Of a DNA stretch of 55,193 bases, positions 44,619-52,622 are shown one piece after another. The stretch comes from Deltaproteobacteria bacterium UBA5754. Lineage in GTDB: Bacteria; Desulfobacterota; Dissulfuribacteria; Dissulfuribacterales; UBA5754. A program made the translations under genes and the position numbers. Location: the NCBI GenBank assembly GCA_002419025.1, contig DIFG01000005.1, forward strand, positions 56,928-112,120, written 5' to 3'. Under the pieces are notes generated by a model, which was not told the DNA's origin, did no database searches, and saw nothing but the letters and a program-made list of their open reading frames with translations. Numbering within the stretch: the first letter of the stretch is position 1; each line of letters opens with the position of its first letter.

Positions 44619-45770
44619 ATGAGGCGGCCTTTAAGTACGGAAGCGGCCTTTCTGTACATGGACTACAACGCGACGACGCCGGTCGCCCCGTCCGTCCGGG
44701 ATGCCGTCACGATTTGTCTTGACGAGACTTGGGCAAACCCTTCGAGCGGGCATCCCCTCGGCCGAAAGGCCCGTGAGGTGCTCGAGGCCGCCAGGACCAG
44801 TATGGCCAGTCTTCTCAAGGCCGATTCCGGGGAGATCGTCTTTACGAGCGGTGGGACGGAATCGAACAATGCCGTGCTCCTCGGGATCGTCCCCGGCCTT
44901 TTCCCGGCAAAGGCCCACGTCGTCACCACCCAGATCGAGCACCCGTCCGTCCTGAATCCGGCGATCCGCCTCATGGAACTCGGTTATGAGGTCACCTTCG
45001 TGGGAGTGGACAGACAAGGGGTCGTTTCACCCGATGCGGTTGATGCCGCACTGAGGCCAGAGACGGTCCTGGTCTCGGTGATGCTTGCGAACAACGAGAC
45101 CGGCGCCGTCCAGCCGGTCGGAGAGATTGCGCGCCGCGCCCGGGCCAGGGGCGTCCTCGTCCACACGGACGCGGCCCAGGCCATTGGCAAGATGTCCGTG
45201 GATGTCCGGGAACTCGACGTGGATTACCTCACCGTTGCCGGACACAAACTTTATGCCCCAAAGGGGATCGGCGCCCTTTTCATGCGGAAGGGGGCTCCGA
45301 TTGCCCCATTTTTATACGGTTCAGGCCAGGAGGCTGGGAGAAGGCCCGGAACCGAGCCCGTACCCATGGCAGTGGGGCTTGGGGAGGCGGCCCGGCTTGC
45401 CGGGGAGGACCTTGCCGGCGAGGCCGCCCGACTCGTCCGCCTGAGGGAAAGGCTTTTTGACGGGATCCTTTCCTTGAGACGACCGGTGGTTCGGCACGGC
45501 ACGCCCAAGACCACCCTTTCGAACACCTTGTGCGTCTCTTTTCCGGGTTTGATCGGCGCGAAGATACTCGAAGAGGCCTCACCCCTTATGGCGTCCACAG
45601 GGGCGGCCTGTCACGACCGAACGGTGGCAGTCTCCCACGTCCTTTCGGCCATGGGGGTCGATCAGGAAGTCGCCCTCGGAACGATCCGGCTCTCCCTCGG
45701 CAGGTGGACGCGGGACGCGGACGTGGAGAGGGCGGTGGATGCCCTCGACCGGGCTATCCGCTCCATGTAA
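44619..45770 (+). CDS. Cysteine desulfurase (NifS/IscS class V aminotransferase)
   Basis: Motifs YMDYNATTP, FTSGGTESNN, GHKLYAPKGIGAL and STGAACH. The start could also be ATG at 44574. Confidence 0.88.
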   Translation: MRRPLSTEAAFLYMDYNATTPVAPSVRDAVTICLDETWANPSSGHPLGRKAREVLEAARTSMASLLKADSGEIVFTSGGTESNNAVLLGIVPGLFPAKAHVVTTQIEHPSVLNPAIRLMELGYEVTFVGVDRQGVVSPDAVDAALRPETVLVSVMLANNETGAVQPVGEIARRARARGVLVHTDAAQAIGKMSVDVRELDVDYLTVAGHKLYAPKGIGALFMRKGAPIAPFLYGSGQEAGRRPGTEPVPMAVGLGEAARLAGEDLAGEAARLVRLRERLFDGILSLRRPVVRHGTPKTTLSNTLCVSFPGLIGAKILEEASPLMASTGAACHDRTVAVSHVLSAMGVDQEVALGTIRLSLGRWTRDADVERAVDALDRAIRSM

Positions 45771-45798
45771 TGTACAATCCCGCCAGCAAATTCCAGCG

Positions 45799-45964
45799 CT
45801 GATCCCGCTGAAAGACCCGATTCTCGCGGAGTTGCTTCAATTTTTCCTGTCCATGCGGCGTACGTTGTAGGAGCGAATCGGGATTCGCCCTTCTCATTTC
45901 TGAAAAGTTTCTCGTCTTGCATCACGGGCCTTTTGAGCGGGATCAGGTTTTGAGGTTTTTACAG
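45799..45964. mobile_element. MITE-like palindromic repeat, family 2, copy B
   Basis: Terminal inverted repeat CTGATCCCGCT (45799-45809) and AGCGGGATCAG (45936-45946). A central hairpin GCGAATCGGGATTCGC is present. See copy A at 38555-38716. Confidence 0.65.
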
Positions 45965-46034
45965 ACAATCAGCGCTGTCATGCCTTGGTTTTTCCCTGTC
46001 CGGATGGTAAAAAAACGGAAAAAATGGAGAGAAC

Positions 46035-46322
46035 ATGACGATATCCCGGTCGGAAGTGGAAAGGGTAGCGAACCTTGCGCGTCTTGCCTTCGGGCCCGAC
46101 GAGATCGACTCCTTTACCAGCCAGTTGAACCTCATCCTTGAATACGTCCGCCAGCTTGATGAACTCGACACCTCCGGTGTCGATCCCACTTTTCACGCCC
46201 TCGAGCTCGAAAACGTCCTGCGGGATGATGTGGTCCAGATGTCTCTTGGTCAGGCCGAGGCGCTTGCCAATGCCCCGAAGGCGGAAAATGACGCCTTCGT
46301 GGTCCCCAAGATCATCATATGA
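46035..46322 (+). CDS. gatC: Asp/Glu-tRNA amidotransferase subunit C
   Basis: [51 protein letters not shown]. Confidence 0.92.
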   Translation: MTISRSEVERVANLARLAFGPDEIDSFTSQLNLILEYVRQLDELDTSGVDPTFHALELENVLRDDVVQMSLGQAEALANAPKAENDAFVVPKIII

Positions 46323-47818
46323 GGAGGGCCTTAGACGTGTCAGGACTCATTGACCTGCCCATCCACAAACTGGGCGTTTTGCTTGCAAAAAAGGAGATCT
46401 CCGCCCGGGAGCTTGTCGAGGCCTATCTCGCAAGGATCGAGGAAGTGGATCCATTGGTCCGGGCCTATCTTACGCTTACGCGGGAAAAGGCCATGGAACA
46501 GGCCGCGGACGCCGACGCGCGTCTCTCCTCAGGGGATGGGGTGGGGCCGCTTACCGGAATCCCACTTGGGATCAAGGACGTCATCTGCACGAAATCGGTG
46601 AGGACCACATGCGCGTCCCGCATACTCGAGAATTTCGTCCCGCCCTATGACGCGACCGTCATGGAGAGGCTCCATGCCCAGGGGGCGGTCATGCTCGGCA
46701 AACTCAACATGGACGAATTCGCCATGGGTTCATCCACCGAGAATTCCGCCTGGTTCCCAACGCGCAACCCCTGGGATCTCTCCCGCATTCCCGGTGGATC
46801 GAGCGGCGGATCCGCCGCCTCAGTGGCCGCCCGTACCTGCGTGGCCTCCCTTGGATCCGACACCGGAGGATCCATTCGTCAGCCCGCGTCCCACTGCGGG
46901 GTTGTGGGCCTGAAACCCACTTACGGCCGGGTCTCGCGTTTCGGGCTCGTGGCGTTTGCCTCCTCCCTGGACCAGATCGGGCCTTTTACCCGGGACGTGA
47001 CCGATTGCGCCATTTTACTCAAGGCCATTGCAGGGCACGATTCTAGGGATTCCACCTCAAGCCCATGCCAGGTGCCTGATTTTCGAGCCTTTCTCAGGGA
47101 GGGGCTTGCCGGCCTTCGGGTTGGCCTTCCGAGGGAATATTTCACAGGCGGCCTCCAGCCCGCTGTGGAGGCCGCGGTGAGAAGGGCCGTTTCACACATG
47201 GAATCGCAGGGGGCCACTGTGGTGGAGGTAGGCCTCCCCCACTCGCGGTACGCCGTTGCCGCCTACTACATCGTCGCTCCCGCGGAGGCAAGTTCAAACC
47301 TCTCCCGATATGACGGCGTCAAGTACGGCTATCGGGCAAAAGACGGGAAAAACCTTCTCGAGATGTACAAGAAGACCCGCTCCGAGGGATTTGGGCCTGA
47401 GGTCAAAAGGCGGATCATGCTCGGGACCTACGCCCTCTCCGCCGGGTATTACGATGCCTATTACAAGAAGGCGTCCCAGGTCCGCACCCTTATCCGCCAG
47501 GATTTCGCCCGGGCCTTTGATGCCTGCGACGTCATCGCCGGACCGGTTGCGCCCACCACCGCGTTTCGCATCGGGGAGAAGTCGGGTGATCCCCTCCAGA
47601 TGTATCTCTCGGACATCTTTACTATAGCAGCGAACCTCGCGGGTCTGCCCGCCCTTTCCGTTCCCTGCGGCTTCGACGAGGAAGGCCTCCCTGTGGGTTT
47701 ACACCTTATGGCGAACCACTTCGAGGAAGGAAGACTCCTCCACGCCGCCTACAACGTGGAGCTGGCTGTGGGCACGGAACGTCCCTGGCCGGATTTGTCC
47801 GGCCCACATGGGGGATAA
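46319..47818 (+). CDS. gatA: Asp/Glu-tRNA amidotransferase subunit A
   Basis: Amidase signature [12 protein letters not shown] and GIKDVICTK. The start overlaps the gatC stop (ATGA). Confidence 0.95.
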   Translation: MRRALDVSGLIDLPIHKLGVLLAKKEISARELVEAYLARIEEVDPLVRAYLTLTREKAMEQAADADARLSSGDGVGPLTGIPLGIKDVICTKSVRTTCASRILENFVPPYDATVMERLHAQGAVMLGKLNMDEFAMGSSTENSAWFPTRNPWDLSRIPGGSSGGSAASVAARTCVASLGSDTGGSIRQPASHCGVVGLKPTYGRVSRFGLVAFASSLDQIGPFTRDVTDCAILLKAIAGHDSRDSTSSPCQVPDFRAFLREGLAGLRVGLPREYFTGGLQPAVEAAVRRAVSHMESQGATVVEVGLPHSRYAVAAYYIVAPAEASSNLSRYDGVKYGYRAKDGKNLLEMYKKTRSEGFGPEVKRRIMLGTYALSAGYYDAYYKKASQVRTLIRQDFARAFDACDVIAGPVAPTTAFRIGEKSGDPLQMYLSDIFTIAANLAGLPALSVPCGFDEEGLPVGLHLMANHFEEGRLLHAAYNVELAVGTERPWPDLSGPHGG

Positions 47819-47830
47819 GAGGCATCTCTC

Positions 47831-48142
47831 ATGCAGAGGATCCCCATTGCCCTCGCCCGACAGGGCATGAAGCTCGCCAAGGAGGTGCGGGACGGGGACG
47901 GCAAGGTCCTGTGCGGGGTCAGCGTGGAGCTTTCCTCATCAACTATCGAGCGTCTCGCCCGCTCGGGGGTGCACGCGGTCACTGTCGAGGGCCATCCCGT
48001 GAAGCTTCCCGGAGAGAAGTCATTATCGGAACAGATCAGGGATCTGGAGTATCGTTTCTCCCGTGTCAAGGACGATCCAGTCCTTAGGGCCGTGTCCAAG
48101 ACCATTGCCGAACACCTGATCGAGGCGTATTCAAAGATGTGA
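47831..48142 (+). CDS. Small hypothetical protein resembling the N-terminal module found on some HD-GYP/signalling proteins
   Basis: MQRIPIALARQGMKLAKEVRDGDGKVLCGVSVELSSSTIERLARSGVHAVTVEG. An AAGAGG SD lies 8 nt upstream. The function is not recognised. Confidence 0.5.
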   Translation: MQRIPIALARQGMKLAKEVRDGDGKVLCGVSVELSSSTIERLARSGVHAVTVEGHPVKLPGEKSLSEQIRDLEYRFSRVKDDPVLRAVSKTIAEHLIEAYSKM

Positions 48143-48159
48143 CCGCGCAAAAATACCTT

Positions 48160-48208
48160 TATGTGACCGCAGAGTTTTTGCTGACAGCTGATAACTGATA
48201 GCTGACTT
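48160..48208 (+). repeat. Intergenic repeat family 4, short copy (leader plus 4 CTGAYAR heptamers)
   Basis: TATGTGACCGCAGAGTTTTTG followed by CTGACAG CTGATAA CTGATAG CTGACTT. Compare with 52303-52379. Confidence 0.6.
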
Positions 48209-48307
48209 ATCTGACCACAGGGAGCACAGAACCTGAATCACGTCCCTGCGCCTCGCGTCTTAGCCGAACCGCATCTGCCCCGCATTGTTCGTCGAGTGTG
48301 ACCCGTC

Positions 48308-49174
48308 ATGACCACTGATACTTACAGGAAGAGGGAATTTCGCCAGAGGCTTCGGGAGATCAAGTCCCTTCCGACGCTCCCTCCTATCGCTGCAAAACTC
48401 AACGCCATGGTCGAGGACGAGGAGGTGACTGCCGCCCAGGTCGGCGCTGTAATCGAGAAGGACCAGGTCCTTACGAGCAAGCTCCTCAAGATGGTGAACT
48501 CGTCCTTCATCGGGTTTCCCCAGCGGATCGGGACGGTCTCGAACGCCATCGTGCTCCTCGGGTTCGACGTGATCAAGACCCTCGTTGTGACCTCGTCCAT
48601 CTTCGACGCCATGCAGGAGTCCGACATCGGGCTCTGGGAACACTCTTTGGGAGTTGCTACGGCCTCCGGTATCCTGGCCCGAAGGAGGGCCATCAAGAAA
48701 CCCGAGGAGATCTCGACCGCGGGTCTCATCCACGACATTGGAAAGATCGTCATTCGGGCCGAGCTTCCGCACGAATACCGGCGCATAGAGGCCATCGCCT
48801 CTGAGCAGGGGATATCCATCCGTGAGGCCGAGCTCGAACTCCTGGGCATGGGACACGCCGAGATCGGGGGTATGCTCGTGAAGCAATGGCTCCTTCCCGA
48901 ACGCCTCATCCAGTCCGTCTCTTTCCACCATGCCCCCGAGTCCTCTCCTGACTGCCCGGAGCTCGCCGCCATCATCCATTTTTCAGACATCCTCATCCGG
49001 GCCGTGGGGTTTGGTTCCGGCGGGGATCCCTGGGTCCCTCCTTTGGATCACGGGGCGTGGGAGAGGATCAAGATGGGCAGGCGCGAGCTCCGTGAGGTCC
49101 TTGTTGAGCTCGATGATCTCCTTGTCGAGCTCCAGGATTTCACCCTTGAGATCCGCAAGATCTCCGGGGCCTGA
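48308..49174 (+). CDS. HDOD domain protein
   Basis: LPTLPPIAAKLNAMVEDEEVTAAQVGAVIEKDQVLTSKLLKMVNSSFIGFPQRIGTVSNAIVLLGF and IHDIGKIV. Confidence 0.85.
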   Translation: MTTDTYRKREFRQRLREIKSLPTLPPIAAKLNAMVEDEEVTAAQVGAVIEKDQVLTSKLLKMVNSSFIGFPQRIGTVSNAIVLLGFDVIKTLVVTSSIFDAMQESDIGLWEHSLGVATASGILARRRAIKKPEEISTAGLIHDIGKIVIRAELPHEYRRIEAIASEQGISIREAELELLGMGHAEIGGMLVKQWLLPERLIQSVSFHHAPESSPDCPELAAIIHFSDILIRAVGFGSGGDPWVPPLDHGAWERIKMGRRELREVLVELDDLLVELQDFTLEIRKISGA

Positions 49175-49199
49175 TCCAAAGGCGGAAAGGGTCCCCCCC

Positions 49200-50126
49200 A
49201 TGGCGCGAATCGTATGCATTGGTTCCCTGCCCGACGACCACATTCGGGCCATCGAAAGTCGGGGTCATACCCTTCTTCATGTCTCAGGAGAGTCCGATGT
49301 GCTCGATCGCCTTCTCGGATCCTCGCCTGATGTCGTGCTTGTCAGGAAGGGCATTCCCCGATCCCTTGACATGCGCATTGTCAGGACCCTGAAACAGGAC
49401 CTGAATCTCTCCTTCCTTTCCGTCATCCTCGTCTTTCCATCCAAAGGCCCTGTTCCGGACCACACATGGGAGGTGTGTCCGGCGGACGATTTCTTTTTTG
49501 AAGGGGCTTCGACGGACGAGATCCTTTCCCGGATCGATCTCGCCATCTCCCGTACCGCCAGGCTGGTGGATCTGAATCCCCTGACCCATCTTCCAGGCAA
49601 CACCTCGATCCTGAGAAGGATCCAGCGCATCCTCGACGCCCGCCTGCCCCATGCAGTGGTCTATGCGGATCTTGACAACTTCAAGCCTTACAACGACCGC
49701 TATGGATTCACCCGTGGGGACGAGGTGATCCGCATGACCGCCCGGATCATTGTCCACTGCGTGGACGAAGGTGTTGGAAAAGAAGGCTTTACAGGGCATG
49801 TAGGCGGAGACGATTTCGTCTTCACTGTCCCCTGTTCAGTGGTGGAGGGGGTCTGCGCGCAGGTGGTCAGGGAATTTTCCGGGCTGGTGACGTCCTTTTT
49901 CGATCAGTCGGATCTGGATGCCGGCTATTTCGTAGGGCTTGACAGAAAAGGCAGGAAGGAGACCTTTCTTCTCACGTCCCTTTCCCTTGCAGCCGTTCCG
50001 TGCCCACCGGGCCGGTTTGGGCATTACGGGGAGGTGGCGGCAGTTGCGGCCCAGGTGAAAAAGAAGGTCAAATCCCTGCCGGGAAGCGCCTATTTGGTCG
50101 ACCGTCGCACGAGCGGGTCGGGGTGA
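49200..50126 (+). CDS. Degenerate receiver domain fused to a GGDEF-family (Palm) domain with a GGDD variant motif
   Basis: C-terminal LTHLPGN...VYADLDNFKPYNDRYGFTRGDEVI...GHVGGDDFVF. The N-terminal CheY-like fold appears to have Arg where the phospho-acceptor Asp is expected (PDVVLVRKG). The ATG at 49200 is preferred; the ORF-track start at 48930 overlaps the HDOD gene. Confidence 0.75.
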   Translation: MARIVCIGSLPDDHIRAIESRGHTLLHVSGESDVLDRLLGSSPDVVLVRKGIPRSLDMRIVRTLKQDLNLSFLSVILVFPSKGPVPDHTWEVCPADDFFFEGASTDEILSRIDLAISRTARLVDLNPLTHLPGNTSILRRIQRILDARLPHAVVYADLDNFKPYNDRYGFTRGDEVIRMTARIIVHCVDEGVGKEGFTGHVGGDDFVFTVPCSVVEGVCAQVVREFSGLVTSFFDQSDLDAGYFVGLDRKGRKETFLLTSLSLAAVPCPPGRFGHYGEVAAVAAQVKKKVKSLPGSAYLVDRRTSGSG

Positions 50127-50911
50127 TCGCCCCTCCAGAACCAGATCCCGATCCCGGCGAGAAGGAGGGCGAAAGAGAGGACCTGACCCATGGTGAGCCA
50201 GCCGAAGGCGATGAATCCCAGTTGGGCGTCCGGTTCGCGAAAGATCTCGGCGGAGGATCGGGCAAGGGCGTAGAGGATGAGAAAGAGGGCGAATTTTTTT
50301 CCGCTCGCCCATGTGCGTTTTCTCAGGGGCCAAAGTATGGAAAAAAGCACCACTCCTTCGAGGGCGGCCTCATAGAGCTGGGAGGGGTGCCGTGGGACAA
50401 GACCTCCCAGAGGAAAGATCATGGCCCATGGGACATCGGACGGACGCCCGTACAGTTCCCCGTTGATGAAATTTCCGATCCTGCCCAGCCCAAGCCCCAC
50501 AGGGGCAGTGAGAGCGAAACGGTCCGCCCAGAGCCAGAAATCCTCCCGGTGGACCCGGCAGAAGACGGTCCCTGCGAGCATCGCCCCTGCCACGCCCCCA
50601 TGGAAGGACATGCCGCCGGTCCATGTGGCGAATATCTCTGCGGGGTGGTCGATGTAATATCCCCCACCGTAAAAGATGACGTACCCGAGGCGTCCTCCCA
50701 CGACTACACCCACGACCAGCCACACGATGAGGGCGTCGAGCGTGGCGTACAGGGCCGAGGCCCCAGCAGGGTTCATCTCCCTGAGTTGCTTGCGCACGAG
50801 GAAGCGGGAGGCGAGGAACCCGAGGAGATACATGAGGCCGTACCACCTGAGGGCGATGGGTCCGATACGAAAGATGACAGGATCTATTTCGGGGTAGGAC
50901 AGCATGGGCAC
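50090..50911 (-). CDS. lgt: Prolipoprotein diacylglyceryl transferase
   Basis: IDPVIFRIGPIALRWYGLMYLLGF, GRIGNFINGELYG and HPSQLYEA. The 3' end overlaps the convergent GGDEF-family gene by 37 nt. Confidence 0.9.
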   Translation of the reverse strand: MPMLSYPEIDPVIFRIGPIALRWYGLMYLLGFLASRFLVRKQLREMNPAGASALYATLDALIVWLVVGVVVGGRLGYVIFYGGGYYIDHPAEIFATWTGGMSFHGGVAGAMLAGTVFCRVHREDFWLWADRFALTAPVGLGLGRIGNFINGELYGRPSDVPWAMIFPLGGLVPRHPSQLYEAALEGVVLFSILWPLRKRTWASGKKFALFLILYALARSSAEIFREPDAQLGFIAFGWLTMGQVLSFALLLAGIGIWFWRGDHPDPLVRRSTK

Positions 50912-51071
50912 GTGTCCGAGGCGGGGATTGGGGACTTGGTTGACAAGGTATTTTCCGGAATGGTATCCCCACGAAAAATGAACACCGTATCCCGTACGAT
51001 TGCAAGGGAATTAGGATAAGACGAGGAGAAACGCCATGGGCCGGACAACAGGGGATCCCATTTCATCCAAG

Positions 51072-52244
51072 ATGATTTCGTTCATGGAGAAGTCTTCCTG
51101 GATCAGGAAGATGTTCGAGGAAGGCATTCGTCTTAAGGCCAAACATGGGGCTGACAAGGTCTGCGATTTCAGCCTCGGAAACCCTGACCTTCCTCCTCCT
51201 GAGGCCTTCAACACCGCCCTTGAACGGGCCGCCCGTGACCATTCCCGGGGAGTGCACGCCTACATGCCGAACGCGGGCCTTCCCTCGGTGAGGCAGAGGA
51301 TTGCCGAGCGGATTGAAAAGGACCACGGGGTCCGGCCTGGCCCGGACGACGTGATCCTTACCTGTGGAGCAGCCGGCGGGCTCAACATAATATTCAAGGC
51401 CCTGCTCAACCCAGGCGACGAGGTCATCACCCCAAGCCCGTATTTCGTAGAGTACGGTTTCTACGTGGACAACCATGGAGGCCGCCTTGTTTCCGTGCCC
51501 ACACGGCCGGACTTCTCCCTTGATCTCGAATCGATCGAAAAGGCGATAAGTGAGAGGACCAAGGCTGTCCTCATCAACTCTCCCAATAACCCCACCGGGG
51601 CCATTTACTCCGGGGCCGATCTCGCCTCGCTTGCGGACATGCTTGCACGCGCAGGGGTCCGACTCGGCCGTCCGGTCTACCTCGTTTCGGACGAACCCTA
51701 CAGGAGGCTCGCCTTTTCAGGCGAGACGGTCCCTCAGGTCCTCTCCCTCTATCCCGAGAGCATTGTCACTACCTCATTTTCCAAGGACCTCTCCATCCCC
51801 GGCGAGCGGATCGGATATGTGGCCTTGAATCCCATGGCCTCCCACCGGTCTCTTCTCGTGGGCGCCATGGTCCTCGCAAACCGGATCCTCGGCTTTGTGA
51901 ACGCCCCTGCACTCATGCAGCGGGTTACGTCCGATGTGCTTGACATGTGTGTTGATGTCGAGGTGTACGAGAGACGTAGGGACCTCTTCGCAGGGATCCT
52001 TGCGGATTCTGGCTACGAGTTTTCCCTTCCCCGCGGGGCATTCTATTTCTTTCCAAAGACGCCGATTCCGGACGACACCGAGTTTGTCCGTCTCCTGCAG
52101 GAAGAACTCATCCTGACCGTTCCCGGAACGGGTTTTGGATGTCCCGGACATTTCCGGATCGCGTTCTGTGTGGACGAGGCGGTCATCGAGCGATCTCGGA
52201 AGGGCTTTGCCATGGCGATGGAAAAGGCCCGAAGCCGGTCATGA
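51072..52244 (+). CDS. Class I/II PLP-dependent aminotransferase (aspartate/alanine aminotransferase type)
   Basis: IRKMFEEG, DFSLGNPDLPPP, NSPNNPTG and SFSKDLSIPGERIGY (PLP Lys). Candidate starts are 51036, 51072 and 51084. Confidence 0.88.
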   Translation: MISFMEKSSWIRKMFEEGIRLKAKHGADKVCDFSLGNPDLPPPEAFNTALERAARDHSRGVHAYMPNAGLPSVRQRIAERIEKDHGVRPGPDDVILTCGAAGGLNIIFKALLNPGDEVITPSPYFVEYGFYVDNHGGRLVSVPTRPDFSLDLESIEKAISERTKAVLINSPNNPTGAIYSGADLASLADMLARAGVRLGRPVYLVSDEPYRRLAFSGETVPQVLSLYPESIVTTSFSKDLSIPGERIGYVALNPMASHRSLLVGAMVLANRILGFVNAPALMQRVTSDVLDMCVDVEVYERRRDLFAGILADSGYEFSLPRGAFYFFPKTPIPDDTEFVRLLQEELILTVPGTGFGCPGHFRIAFCVDEAVIERSRKGFAMAMEKARSRS

Positions 52245-52302
52245 CAAGGAGAAGCATTTCACATGATTTAAACCCATATCATGCGCTTCACATGCCGATA
52301 CT

Positions 52303-52379
52303 TATATGACCACAGAGTTTTTGCTGATAATTGATAACTGATAACTGATAACTGACAGCTGATAACTGATAGCTGATAT
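52303..52379 (+). repeat. Intergenic repeat family 4, long copy with 8 tandem heptamers
   Basis: TATATGACCACAGAGTTTTTG followed by CTGATAA TTGATAA CTGATAA CTGATAA CTGACAG CTGATAA CTGATAG CTGATAT (52324-52379). Confidence 0.75.
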
Positions 52380-52393
52380 CTGCCTTGTTCACC

Positions 52394-52422
52394 TTGACAC
52401 CCCATGGAAATGCTGTTATCAA
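52394..52422 (+). promoter_or_regulatory. Putative sigma-70 promoter for tRNA-Val
   Basis: TTGACA (52394-52399), a 17-nt spacer, then TATCAA (52417-52422). The tRNA 5' end lies 27 nt downstream. Confidence 0.4.
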
Positions 52423-52449
52423 CACGGACGCAAAACAGGGACTTGGTAC

Positions 52450-52524
<75 letters not shown>

Positions 52525-52583
52525 CGTGCGCGTCCATCGCCGTTGAAAATGTCGCGGGGCATCTCTCCTCCCGATAGAAGGGG

Positions 52584-52609
52584 AAGAAGGATGCTTCTTT
52601 TTTGTTTTG
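52584..52609 (+). terminator. Weak hairpin plus T-run after tRNA-Val
   Basis: AAGAAG-gatg-CTTCTT followed by TTTTGTTTTG. The stem is only 6 bp and AT-rich. Confidence 0.3.
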
Positions 52610-52622
52610 TCGAATGGAGAAT

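Noticed and set aside
48930-49199. 5' extension of the GGDEF-family ORF.
   Set aside because: It overlaps the HDOD gene out of frame. The receiver-like fold starts at the ATG at 49200.
52269-52301. FliA (sigma-28)-like GCCGATAC with an upstream TAAA.
   Set aside because: The spacing between TAAA and GCCGATA is 21 nt against a consensus of about 15. The downstream gene is tRNA-Val, not a flagellar gene.
52324-52379. Considered whether the short tandem repeats here and at 48181-48208 could be a CRISPR array.
   Set aside because: The units are 7 bp and contiguous with no spacers, and no cas genes are present. This is a microsatellite, not a CRISPR array.
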